NCBI RefSeq assembly: GCF_001194135.2
Contig: NC_068981.1
Location: 70,361,831-70,425,830, forward strand
DNA from: Octopus bimaculoides
Taxonomy: Eukaryota
Length of the DNA stretch: 64,000 nt
Direction: 5' to 3'
Part shown: positions 1 through 11,399 of the stretch, in pieces
Position numbering within the stretch: the stretch's first letter is position 1
How the letters are laid out: each line of letters starts with the position of its first letter
Position numbers and translations under genes: made by a program
The notes under the pieces: model-generated
Databases searched by the model: none
Told to the model about the DNA's origin: nothing
Seen by the model: only the letters and a program-made list of their open reading frames with translations

Positions 1-939
1 TTAGAATTGTTGGTTTCTTTCAAAATCAAAAGATTGAAAATCGTTTTAAAGATTTATCTTTACAATTAAACAACATTAATTATAGAAAATTTTATTTAGT
101 TGTTGTACTTAATTAAACAATGCTTTGAAGTCACTTAACTTCTCGTGAATGTTCGTCTTAACATTTACTGCTTTACAACCAGAATTAGGAAATCTTTTCA
201 TAACCACTAAAGTGATTTGATCAATGATTGCCAGACATAATTTGTCCGCCTAAAATCATTACGGGACATCAAGTAATTGATAGGATGCATTAGTCCGTAA
301 CAGAAACTTCACTGTCCGAATGGATTATTTAATTAATGTTACCGCCTCATTCTACCGAAGATAATTTCAGATGAATAAACGTGCATCAGTATCAAAGTCA
401 TAATACTTTGAAAATAAAAGTTGATTAGAAAATTATTAATATCCTGTTCAATATATGTCATTCATATTGTATTACACTTTGATAATAGGCATATTTGACA
501 AATTTTAAATATATTACATGTTAATTTCCACTCAGCATATTAATTTCTTCTTCATATATTTCTCATTTAGACACCTTTGATATTTTTCCTATTGTTATAT
601 TTACAACAATTCTTAGAATGAACATATTACAAGGAAGTATATATCCGTTTATAATATTTGTAACTCGCTATTGACGAGAATAATTTACATATCCCCACTT
701 TCGCTTTCTAACACCCTCATTTTCTGTTCTAATATAGCCATCTTCTTATCTATCCCTCTATTTATTTCTATGTGCTAATATGTAGGTGTTATATTACTGC
801 TATGGTTATATAGCTGTGTGCCCTCTTTTATTCTTGTATCTCAAGGGAAAAATACGTCTATCCACGCATGTATATATATATTTGCTTATACATTATACGG
901 ATTCTACACCTATACATCTCTATATATATGATTCCCAGT

Positions 940-1054
<115 letters not shown>

Positions 1055-2727
1055 TAGAGGTATAAGCAGGCATGCACAGAAACGCACGCACGTACATTCA
1101 CGTAGCCGCACAAGTTAACAAACAAGCACGCACAATTATTTAAACAGAAAATCTATGCACTCAGATATTGAATACACAAGGCAAAATCAATGAAATTGAA
1201 TGCCTGTGATTATACCAAAATACTTACAATAATACACGCGCTCTCTAATATACATCCTCAAAATTATAAATACAATAAATTTTAGTGCATCTTGTTTTCT
1301 TACATCACGACAGACCAATAGAAAATAGGGCATGCCATTGATAAGCTCGTGAATGGAAATAAAATGACACTGGCAAACCAATTGATAGAGTGGTTACTGA
1401 AATGACTGGTCGTATATTTGATTAGTTACCTGATTAATTAGTTAATTAGCCGAGTAAATGGAAGAGAACCATGAATTTGCTTGCATAGCCTAAATGAACT
1501 TTCAAAATATACACATATACATTTGCATAGATTTATTTTTATATGCATATTTATAAATAGATCTATATACATATATGTGAATGCATATATTCACACGCAC
1601 ACACACACACATGCACACATGCACACATACATATAGACGCACGTATAAATGAAAAATGTTGTATATTTGTAGAATGATAAAGTGCAAGTGGTGTGAATAT
1701 AGTCAAAAGACCGTAAATATATTTAAGTGAAAGAAAATGCAGGTATATATTTTACTGTTTGATCGAGATAAAATTTGAGTCTATTTTTAGAAAGTAATCT
1801 GACCAAATGACTTGTTTTAGACAGAAGATGCCGGCTTGTGATCATTCTCTTCTCTGTCAGATGATAATTATAATATGATGCTAATTTTCCCTTTCTTTTC
1901 GTATCAGTAAACTTTGTTCTGCATATCTATATAATAACAATCTCGATATAATTTTCTAGCAATACTTACTTTTGTGTCCATAATTTTGTCCCGTATTTCA
2001 TTACGACTATTCACAGAGTAGGACAAAGCAGTCAAATTTTGCTACAGAAAGCCAGGAGCAATTCTGTATCAGTCGTTTATCAAGCTGTTAGCTCTTGGTA
2101 TACCTCTACAGAATATAAATTTTCTCTCTTACTAACGTAGATTTGTTTCGCTTCTGTTTTTATACGAACATCGAAAATCCAACATAAAAAGAATCGACAC
2201 AACCACGCGATACATTAAAGCTAATCATTTACCTATTTATTACTTAAAACAAGTACGGTATTTGTTTTTTTTTCCCTTTACTTCAAATTAATTATACTTT
2301 CTGCATTACAGATTAATCAATTAACTTTGTAAAATATAAATATATTTCTATGCATATTCTCCATGTCCCTTTTAAATAGACTTCACTTTGGTTGATGTGG
2401 TAAATTGAAAACTGTTATATTGTATGCTTGAATTATTATCTTAATCTATGTGCTGTTTAACATCAATAGTATTATGCTCGTACTGCAAGTTAAACTTCTG
2501 TAACTTGAAAAACTGTTACGTAATTTATTATCCTTGTTTAAATTGAACATTCCTCTAAATTTACTTCTGTTTTATAAAATTTCACTTGAGACGTAATGGC
2601 ATGCTATATGATGTTGTGTTTTCCTTTGTTTAGTTTTGTTTTGTCAATAATATGGATGCATACAAGAAACTATGCTCAAATCTGTAGATTGATTGAATAT
2701 TTCATCCTACTTCGAACCTATAAAGAG

Positions 2728-3575
2728 ATGCCGAGAAGTAAGATTACATTTATCTGTGAACAGGTTAAAGAATTTAGATTTATTGGAAAATATATATATA
2801 TATATATAACGGGGAAAAATAACCTTTATGTTTTTTGTGCACTATGCCGTTGTGATGTAGAAATTGGCAATATAGGAGATATGCAGTTGAAAGCTGTAAT
2901 CGCAGATATGCATAAAGTTATTACTCATATTTTTGGTATGTCATCATTGTTATCATATTTTTCTACAGCTCGATTAACTCAAGATTACAAAATCATGGCT
3001 GTAGAACTCTGTAAAGTGTAGCATGCTGTGATGCATAATCTGTTATATAGAAATGTTAGTTGTGGAGTAAAAGTAGATAAAGAAATGTTCAGCGACTCAT
3101 TTATGGTGCAAAATGAAACGAGTGAAAAACTAAGCCACAAGCTCTATGCTAGAATATCCTAGTACCACATTCTGTATAAAGCATGTGAATTATATAAATG
3201 AATATGATTTGATTTTTGGGTAGCAACTGAAGCTTTAAACGCAGTACCAACGAAGTGTTTCTCAATAATTCTGATGCACTTTCGTTTTGAAAAGGAACTG
3301 AAGCATTTATAACTTGACATTTACTGCGATAACAGTTACTAATGAAACAAAAATCATCAGGCCCAGATCTGAAAAATGTATCTACGTTCACTGCCCACAA
3401 TACAAGATTAAATGATGGAAAGCAGGATTATGTTTATCAAAAATTGAAAATGGATCGAAAAAATTTATTCCTGCAACTTGTCCAATACATATTTGGATAA
3501 TATCACTAAATTTGCTACAGAAAAACTTGTGATCAAAGCACATTTATTTCAGCATCTCAGCTAAAACAAAAAGAC
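2728..3575 (+). mobile_element. Degenerate hAT-superfamily transposase fragment (N-terminal Zn-finger region through the CxxH motif)
   Basis: Reading across stops and frameshifts gives MPRSKITF..KEFRFI..NNLYVFCALCRCDVEIG (Zn-finger-like), SSLLSYF..AVELCKV*HAVMHNLLYRNVSC, VATEALN, DLKNVSTFTAHNT, ATCPIHI and FSISAK. These motifs are in the order expected for animal hAT transposases. A (TA)n run is inserted at ~2790. Confidence 0.7.
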
Positions 3576-3652
3576 AATCAAACAAATTGCGTGAATTTGT
3601 GAATTTTGTTTGTAATAAATCATGTCATGTAGCTCTCTCTCTCTTTCTCTTG

Positions 3653-3694
<42 letters not shown>

Positions 3695-5344
3695 CTCTCG
3701 TATATATAGTCTAACGTCTCATCACCATCTATTGGTCTAACTGCTTTGCCTATTCTACACCCGCTTATCTCATCAATTCATAATGCCATGACAGCTTTAA
3801 TTTGGAGAAAAGTCCTTCAAGTTTGCATATTGAATATCTCCATTCTCTATAACTCCAACACCTGCTACCCCTTCCTCCTTTTATCTCCCAAATTATGATG
3901 CGTAAGTGGGAAGAGATTGTACTGTGGCAAAATCTACCTACCTTTTCTGATTCTCCTGTGACGTTGTTCTCTTGAACACCTTCTCATCAGGATGTACCCT
4001 GCACTCTCATAACCATCTTATCTATCTTTTCTCCTCACGTCTCTCGCCGCTCATATTTAACGGTGATGCAACTCTGCAACTCTTTCTGCCTAACCGCCTC
4101 ACCTTAGCTTCTCACCATTCTCTCTCACTCACCATTCTCTCTCACTCACTACTCTCACTCACTACTCTCGTTCACTAAACCTCTGGTTACCTCAACCCAA
4201 TTTTCCCATCATCTGCGATTTTCTACTGTCATCCTTTGTTTTCTTAACATACCACTATAACCACTCCTCTACATCGCTGCACTGACATATCATTCTGTAA
4301 GTTACAATCGCATTCATACTACTTTATTTCTGCTTTTCGATACTAATAGTGCCATGGTTCTTTCTTTCTCTCTCTGTCTCCCTCTCTCTCTTTCTTTCTT
4401 TTCCTCTCTCTCTCTCTCACTCACTCCCCCACTCCCTTACTCACCAATACACATGTAGCAACACTAAAAAGAGCATCTTGAACACTTACGAACTGTCTGA
4501 ACCATACTGTCATAGCAGATGATCTCCACCATCGTATCACTGGGTCCACGTGATCAAAATTTTTTGTTCCCTTTCTCCACCACATTAATTCCTGGCATTA
4601 TTCTTCTCTTCCCCTTTCTCTATTTCCATTACTCGCGCTCTACCTTCTTTACTTAGATATTCCACTCAAAATACATCTGTTCATTTCATGCAGGCTGTCT
4701 AGCGAGCCTCAACGGTACTAGTAGTACTATATTTTGACAGAATACTTAAACACAGAGAAAACCTAAAACATTATTTGCTGCGTTTAGTTGAGAAGAAGTG
4801 ACCGACAGCACCTTGAAAATGCTTTGGGTTTGAAGTAAATGCATTTGAAGTATTGAAGATTTAGTTCTTGTTCCTCTGTCACACGCTCCAACTGTTCCCA
4901 GACACATTTGAACGAATACAAGCCAAGTCATTCAACACAATTTCGTTTCACCAAGCCAAGGTATTTCAGCATATAAGCTATTAGCAGAAATTGAAATCAA
5001 ATTTTAATGAAAGACATTTTTGTTTTTTTCTTTTTCTTTCTTTTTTTCTTGGCAATGATCTGCAATATTAACTAGCTTATCCATGAACTATGTGAGAAAC
5101 GCGTAACAAATTTCATTGTTGTCTCTGAAAGAACCATAAAGAAAATAAGCAGCAATTATTACTTCTCTGAAAACAACTTTCATAAGGATTCGCCGAAACT
5201 TACAATTACAAGAGACATATATGTTGGAGAATAATGTGATTCAGTCGAAGGCCAGTAACGAACAGGATATTAATAGGTATGAATTAGATGAAATGTGTGG
5301 GAGACTAAGGGTAATTTTCAATACTCGTGAGACATGTAAAAATC

Positions 5345-5647
5345 CACAATGTAGAACGTTGTCCTAAGCGATGGTAAATTTTAGGCACCTTTCACAAACA
5401 TGAGTGCTTGTATTTGCTCTATTCCAAGCATCATCCTGTGATGAACTTGGTATGGAGAAATGAAAACAAGCATCTACAAGTGGACACCGTCGAACCAAAG
5501 ATTCAAATATTTAACAGTTTCTCTGAAAATTGCCCAGCTTTGTACGAATCACACGTGGCCAATAGAAAACTCTTGGAGATGACAAGTAAGGATTTTGCAA
5601 ATCAATTACATCGCGTGAAAAGAAGACATTTATTTCAGGAGAATTAA
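5345..5647 (+). mobile_element. Possible hAT/Charlie (GTF2IRD2-like) transposase remnant
   Basis: HNVERC..SDGK resembles the HxEVRWLSRGK motif. MNLVWRNENKHLQVDTVEPKIQIF resembles the LNxxLQG..KAF region. Highly decayed. Confidence 0.35.
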
Positions 5648-6108
5648 AATTAATATAAAATTTAACATTTAGGATCTTTCATACAGTGTGTATAGAATGC
5701 ATATTGACTGTCATATCGATGTTGCTTTAGAGAGTAAATTGAGAAATGCTAGTTTGATGTTAAATATACGCAGTAATAAGTCTGTTTACACCTTCAGAGG
5801 AAGGAAAAAGAAAAACTCACGTTCCATCTATGAGAAACTAACGGATTTGACTATGGCGGCATTTATTAGATAAAATAGAGGGAGATAGCCTACTTCCCGT
5901 GAAGACAGTCGAGGAAGTAAAGGATGATATATTTGAAAAAAATAAAATAAAATGAGTACAAATAAAACCAACGCAGAGTAACAACTATTAGGACACGATA
6001 AAAAAAACAAAAACGCAATACAATTAAAGACATAGATACACGGTACAGCTTTTGATAATGTTGCACAAAACTGTATGAAATATTAAAATTTCAAACACAA
6101 AAGCCGGA

Positions 6109-6403
6109 AAAATATTCATAAACGCAAATATGAACTGAAAAAGCAGAAATTTAACTTACTGCAACAAATGCCCGAATTGTGAAGAAGTATATTTGGGTCA
6201 CACTGGAAATACACTATCAGAACACTCACGTGTTTACCGACGGCAAATTAGAGATCCAGTTGTCCGTTAGATACATTTGAATAACCATATAGCAACATGT
6301 GGTCGGAAAATGTTTATATTTCCATTCTACAAACTATACGATCTAAGTGAAATTGAGAGAAAAAAAAATTATTAATAAATTCGAACCCAAGCTAAATAAA
6401 TAA
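6109..6403 (+). mobile_element. Penelope-like element GIY-YIG endonuclease remnant
   Basis: A single frame reads KIFINANMN*KSRNLTYCNKCPNCEEVYLGHTGNTLSEHSRVYRRQIRDP..*IHLNNHIATCG..FPFYK, then KFEPKLNK. This fits the GIY-YIG pattern (xIY..CxxC..YIGxT..R..H) and the C-terminal PxLN of Penelope ORFs. Confidence 0.75.
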
Positions 6404-6601
6404 TAATACTAATACTTAGAGGTAGTATTTCTACTGCTACGACCACTACAACTAACAACAACAACAACAACACTAAAGGTGCTCATGATGACGATAGCAA
6501 GAAAATACTAGCAATGTCAAGCAGTAATTGTTTTCACCTCAATAGACGTCAGTGATTGGTTGAAATTACCGAAATACGACAATTTTTTTACATGAAATAA
6601 A

Positions 6602-6885
6602 TGTGGTGTTATGGGCTGTGATGAGCTGTGTGTTGTTGGTGGAGAAGGATGAGGCAAACAGAAGTGAAGCCAGACCGGAAGGGCCAGACCGGAAGGGTCA
6701 GACTGGAAGTCGGGCCACACGCGGTCGAAGGCTAGCACGTGCGTCAGTTAGAAAACAGAGAGGTTACGAGAAAGACGTGTTTTGATCAGGAGCGATTGTG
6801 TACTCCACTGCGGTCGACAAGGTAAGGTCCAACGTTTCATTCTGTCCTTTTGCTTCTTGTTGTCTTTTTCCTCCATCACACCACA
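6602..6885 (+). repeat. 5' LTR (284 bp)
   Basis: Starts TGTGGTGTTATGG and ends CCATCACACCACA (12/13 inverted terminal match). Differs from 10364-10647 at 3 positions. Confidence 0.95.
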
Positions 6886-6926
6886 AGCTATTTCGGCCCA
6901 TAAGAAAAAAACAATTNNNNNNNNNN

Positions 6927-7561
6927 ATGAAGCTGGTCGCGAAGCTCCAAGGGATAGGCGACTTGGCAAGCTTTCTACCACTGTACTTGGATGGTCCGGC
7001 GTTGGCGCTATTTTTAGAGAGGGAAGAGAGGGACTGAGTTAGCGCGGAGAAAATAGAAATCCGCTTGATGGAGGCCTTCGCAGAAGGAATGTTTGAGGCG
7101 TACGCTCGCCTGGGGAGAGCGAAGTGGACTGGCGAACAGGTCGACGAGGGAGAATCGCTGGATCGAACAGTAAAGTTGGCGTTTGTGACTGGTTTTCTTG
7201 ACCACATGTCGGTCGAATTGCAGAAACTGCCGGAGGTGAACGCCATGCCCATGGCAGATATAATAACGAGGGCTCGCATGTTAGTTTAGTGTTGTAGATC
7301 GACTCCGTTGGCAGCAACAGCAACAGCAAAAGGTGGCCGACCAAGGAGTATCGGAGAGCGTCGAACAAGGAACGTGTGCGACCGTTCAAAGGACAGTGTT
7401 TCCGGAGTCAGGGCCCGCACATGGTGCGAGACTGCAAGTTACCCAAGCCTGAGGTCATTTGCTACCGTTGTCGAGAAACGGGACATATAGCCAGCGAATG
7501 TCTGCAGGGAAACGGTCTAAGGGAGACTACTACGCCAGTGGTCATCCCTTCGGATCAATAA
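6927..7561 (+). pseudogene. gag: Disrupted gag with two zinc knuckles
   Basis: KLVAKLQGIGDLASFLPLYLDG..., in-frame TGA at 7035-7037 and TAG at 7287-7289, then a frameshift to CFR(S)QGPHMVRDC and CYRCRETGHIASEC (CCHC). Confidence 0.85.
7507..7550 (+). promoter_or_regulatory. Predicted -1 programmed ribosomal frameshift signal (gag-pol)
   Basis: G GGA AAC at 7507-7513 is correctly phased in the gag frame. A 5-nt spacer is followed by a hairpin at 7519-7550, and a -1 slip enters the protease frame. Confidence 0.75.
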
Positions 7562-10283
7562 AGGCGCATTTTGTTCTACCCGTTGTTGATGTGCTGGTGA
7601 ATGGGAAGATGTCGCGTGCCCTCGTTGACATAGGCTGTACAACGACCCTGATGACTCCGGGAGTGGTAGAGACGTGGAGTGGAGAAAGCAGTGTGAGGGC
7701 AGTCGACAGAAGAGAGGTACGCTGTGAAGGCATTACTGACGTGCAGATTAAGGTGCAGGGAGCAAAGCTGACGCTGCAAGCAATTGTAGTTGGCCACTTG
7801 GTGGATGAGATTGACGTGGTGATGGGAATGGATGCAATCACCCGTTTAGGAGGTGTCACTGTCAACGAGGCCGGTGTGACTTTCGGGGTCGCGGGGAAAC
7901 CGTGTATGGCGACGCCGTGCATTGGTGAGAACCGCGAAGAAATCTATGCCGCGCACACCATTGAAGACCAGGATTTTCGTGCCGCCTTCGATGGCCAGAG
8001 GTGGACAGTGGAGTGGCACTGGAGGGGNNNNNNNNNNNNNNNNNNNNNNNNNNNNNNNNNNNNNNNNNNNNNNNNNNNNNNNNNNNNNNNNNNNNNNNNN
8101 NNNNNNNNNNNNNNNNNNNNNNNNNNNNNNNNNNNNNNNNNNNNNNNNNNNNNNNNNNNNNNNNNNNNNNNNNNNNNNNNNNNNNNNNNNNNNNNNNNNN
8201 NNNNNNNNNNNNNNNNNNNNNNNNNNNNNNNNNNNNNNNNNNNNNNNNNNNNNNNNNNNNNNNNNNNNNNNNNNNNNNNNNNNNNNNNNNNNNNNNNNNN
8301 NNNNNNNNNNNNNNNNNNNATACCTGCAGGTGCATGTGGCTGAGAGACTGTGGAAGCATCAGCTTGTCAGGTATAAGGGCCGGACATACTGTTTGACCAG
8401 GCTGGGGTTTGGGCTAAATTCAGCGCCAAAAATTATGGCAACAATTCTCAAGGCCATCCTGGGAAAGGTGGACAGAGTAAAGAGGGCCACCAATTCGTAC
8501 ATCGATGACATCCTTGTGGACGAAACCATAATGCCAGCAACGGAGGTCATAGGCCACCTGAAGAAGTTCGGACTCGTCGCCAAGCCACCAGAGGCCATGG
8601 AGGGAGGCGCTGCACTGGGCCTCAAGTTACGGAGAAACAAGGCCGGTGCGTTGGTGTTTCGGCGTGGGAACGAGATCCCTGAACTGGGCACCAGTGTGAG
8701 TAGACGGGAACTGTTCTCGGTGTGCGGGAAGCTGGTGGGACACTACCCGGTTTCAGGATGGCTCCGGACAGCATGTAGCTTCATCAAGAGACGAACCGAA
8801 GGAGCAAAGTGGAATGACAGAGTTGGGGAGAAAACGATCGACATGATGCAGGAAGTCTTGGTCAGAGTGAGAGCAGAGGATCCAGTGAGGGGCAGTTGGT
8901 ATGTTCCCAAATTAAAGAGTGGGATCGTTTGGTGTGACGCCAGTAGCATCGCTATAGGGGTTGTCTTGGAAATGGGAGGCACCGTGGTGGAAGACGCAGC
9001 CTGGCTCAGGAAGATGGATGACTGCAACCATATCAATGTGGCGGAGTTGGATGCCGTGCTGAAGGAGGTGAACCTGGCCTTGAAGTGGGGGCTGTGCACC
9101 ATCGAAATTAGAACCGATTCGGCCACTGCGCTTGGTTGGGTGACGGCAGTCATCACCAATGAGCGGAGGGTGCGAACCAAAGGGGCTGCGGAGATGCTGG
9201 TAAAGCGCCGATTGGGAATATTGCGGGAGCTAACCGCTGAGTTCGATCTNNNNNNNNNNNNNNNNNNNNNNNNNNNNNNNNNNNNNNNNNNNNNNNNNNN
9301 NNNNNNNNNNNNNNNNNNNNNNNNNNNNNNNNNNNNNNNNNNNNNNNNNNNNNNNNNNNNNNNNNNNNNNNNNNNNNNNNNNNNNNNNNNNNNNNNNNNN
9401 NNNNNNNNNNNNNNNNNNNNNNNNNNNNNNNNNNNNNNNNNNNNNNNNNNNNNNNNNNNNNNNNNNNNNNNNNNNNNNNNNNNNNNNNNNNNNNNNNNNN
9501 NNNNNNNNNNNNNNNNNNNNNNNNNNNNNNNNNNNNNNNNNNNNNNNNNNNNNNNNNNNNNNNNNNNNNNNNNNNNNNNNNNNNNNNNNNNNNNNNNNNN
9601 NNNNNNNNNNNNNNNNNNNNNNNNNNNNNNNNNNNNNNNNNNNNNNNNNNNNNNNNNNNNNNNNNNNNNNNNNNNNNNNNNNNNNNNNNNNNNNNNNNNN
9701 NNNNNNNNNNNNNNNNNNNNNNNNNNNNNNNNNNNNNNNNNNNNNNNNNNNNNNNNNNNNNNNNNNNNNNNNNNNNNNNCGTACCATCAAGACTATGGCA
9801 GAGAGGGGCCACATTTCGCCAATCGAGGCCGTTTTTTGGTATAATATGTCACCCCGGTCAGGACAGGCTGAGGAGTCGGTGCCACACAGGGCAATATTCA
9901 GGTACGAGTGGAGGCACCCGTGTATTGCATCAATGCAACTCCGGCGAGAAGAGCACACCCTCGTGCAGATCGGGGAAGAAGTATGGGTAAAATCCCCAAA
10001 TGCACGGTGCACATCACAATGGAGGAAAGGAACTATAACCTCCATCAATTCAAAGAACAACGTCTCGGTCGATGGTATGCCACGCCGTGTTTTGAATGTG
10101 CGGAAGATTGTCGGTGCTTCAGAGGATGGAACCAGCTGCAGTGGGCAGGATGATGAAGACAGCAGCAGTAGGCAAGATGATGAAGGCAGCGCGCCAGGAA
10201 CTCAGGCCAGTCCCGGGGTTGCACAGCGACCACAGAGGGAGCGGCACCCTCCTCCCTGGTTGGCTGATTATGAAACCAATTAA
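7507..10283 (+). pseudogene. pol: pol (protease, reverse transcriptase, RNase H, integrase), gapped and frameshifted
   Basis: Protease ALVDIGC (D-T/S-G altered to D-I-G); RT RLGFGLNSAP and YIDD; RNase H WCDASS, NVAEL and IRTDS; integrase C-terminus WYNMSP..EVWVK..QWRKG; stop at 10281-10283. Confidence 0.9.
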
Positions 10284-10354
10284 GGTAGTTCGGGAGCGAG
10301 GACTGAGTGGGAGAGAGGACTGAGTGGGAGAGCCGGTTGAATGATCTATAGATC

Positions 10355-10363
10355 AGGGGGGCG
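10355..10363 (+). promoter_or_regulatory. Polypurine tract
   Basis: AGGGGGGCG directly abuts the 3' LTR start. Confidence 0.8.
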
Positions 10364-10647
10364 TGTGGTGTTATGGGCTGTGATGAGCTGTGTGTTTTTG
10401 GTGGAGAGGGATGAGGCAAACAGAAGTGAAGCCAGACCGGAAGGGCCAGACCGGAAGGGTCAGACTGGAAGTCGGGCCACACGTGGTCGAAGGCTAGCAC
10501 GTGCGTCAGTTAGAAAACAGAGAGGTTACGAGAAAGACGTGTTTTGATCAGGAGCGATTGTGTACTCCACTGCGGTCGACAAGGTAAGGTCCAACGTTTC
10601 ATTCTGTCCTTTTGCTTCTTGTTGTCTTTTTCCTCCATCACACCACA
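10364..10647 (+). repeat. 3' LTR (284 bp)
   Basis: Direct repeat of 6602-6885 with 281/284 identity. Confidence 0.95.
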
Positions 10648-10794
10648 ATAACTTCGAATACAAAATTTTTTATATGTTCTATAACATAAAATATACAAGT
10701 ATACGAAGCTTGAAAGTGTTTCGGTACCAAAAACACTACATAAAACATAAATGAAAAGTGGTGCCCGTCAATTCAGAAGGACCCGAAAAGTTAG
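10648..10794 (+). mobile_element. Possible 3' part of a non-autonomous Helitron-like repeat whose 5' part (~6515-6601) is split off by the LTR element
   Basis: Ends in a GC-rich imperfect hairpin (GTGCCCGTC..GAAGGAC) followed by TTAG|T, resembling a decayed CTAG|T Helitron terminus. The rejoined sequence resembles an octopus repeat I recall; not verified. Confidence 0.4.
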
Positions 10795-11359
10795 TAAAAA
10801 CAATCTTAATTTGGGGGTTTAAAGTTATATTACCACAGCTACTCATACCACCACCACCACCGCTAACAACAATAACAATAATAAAGGAGGTGATAATTGT
10901 GATGATGACAATTGAAATATAAAAATTCCTGGGAAATGTTGTTTACAACATTTCTAAAAATAACCCAACAATTGCTACTTTGGCCAGGGTCAAAATACAG
11001 GTCTCTTGAAATGTTCAACGAACCGTGACGCCCAAACCAAACACCAGTCAACCTAAGTAATTCTGATTGGTCAGACTACAGTTTGCAAAAATTAACATTG
11101 TGGAGCCAATACCTATACAAATGTATTTAAGGCACACAGTTTAGCTATCTCACTACAGTTGTAAATTGTAAAACAAAACTGTCACCACTACTACATGAAC
11201 CCGAAGATTTCATAGTTTAATTCATGAAAGTAATAGTTTAATATCGGAATGGATATTTGATATTCTATCAATTCATTTTATTATCTTATATTATATTATT
11301 ATAAGACTAAATAAAACGTGACAATCAAAGTTGGAATTTCTTTGAATAATATATATATA

Positions 11360-11399
<40 letters not shown>

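Larger units (their letters stand above)
6602..10647 (+). mobile_element. Ty3/Gypsy-type LTR retrotransposon, full structure but coding-defective; contains three assembly gaps
   Basis: Two 284-bp direct repeats with TG...CA ends, gag-PR-RT-RNaseH-IN domain order, a polypurine tract before the 3' LTR, and flanks ATAAA/ATAAC (5-bp TSD with one mismatch). Confidence 0.95.

Noticed and set aside
6517-6785. Duplicated short ORFs in the LTRs (also 10045-10754)
   Set aside because: They recur only because the LTR is duplicated; no domain similarity and no ATG-led conserved frame I can support.
7542-9180. Antisense ORFs opposite pol
   Set aside because: Shadow frames of a GC-richer coding strand; no recognisable motifs.
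10763-10774. CCCGTCAATTC, resembling a conserved SSU rRNA segment
   Set aside because: Only ~11 nt match with no flanking rRNA sequence; better explained as part of a repeat terminus.
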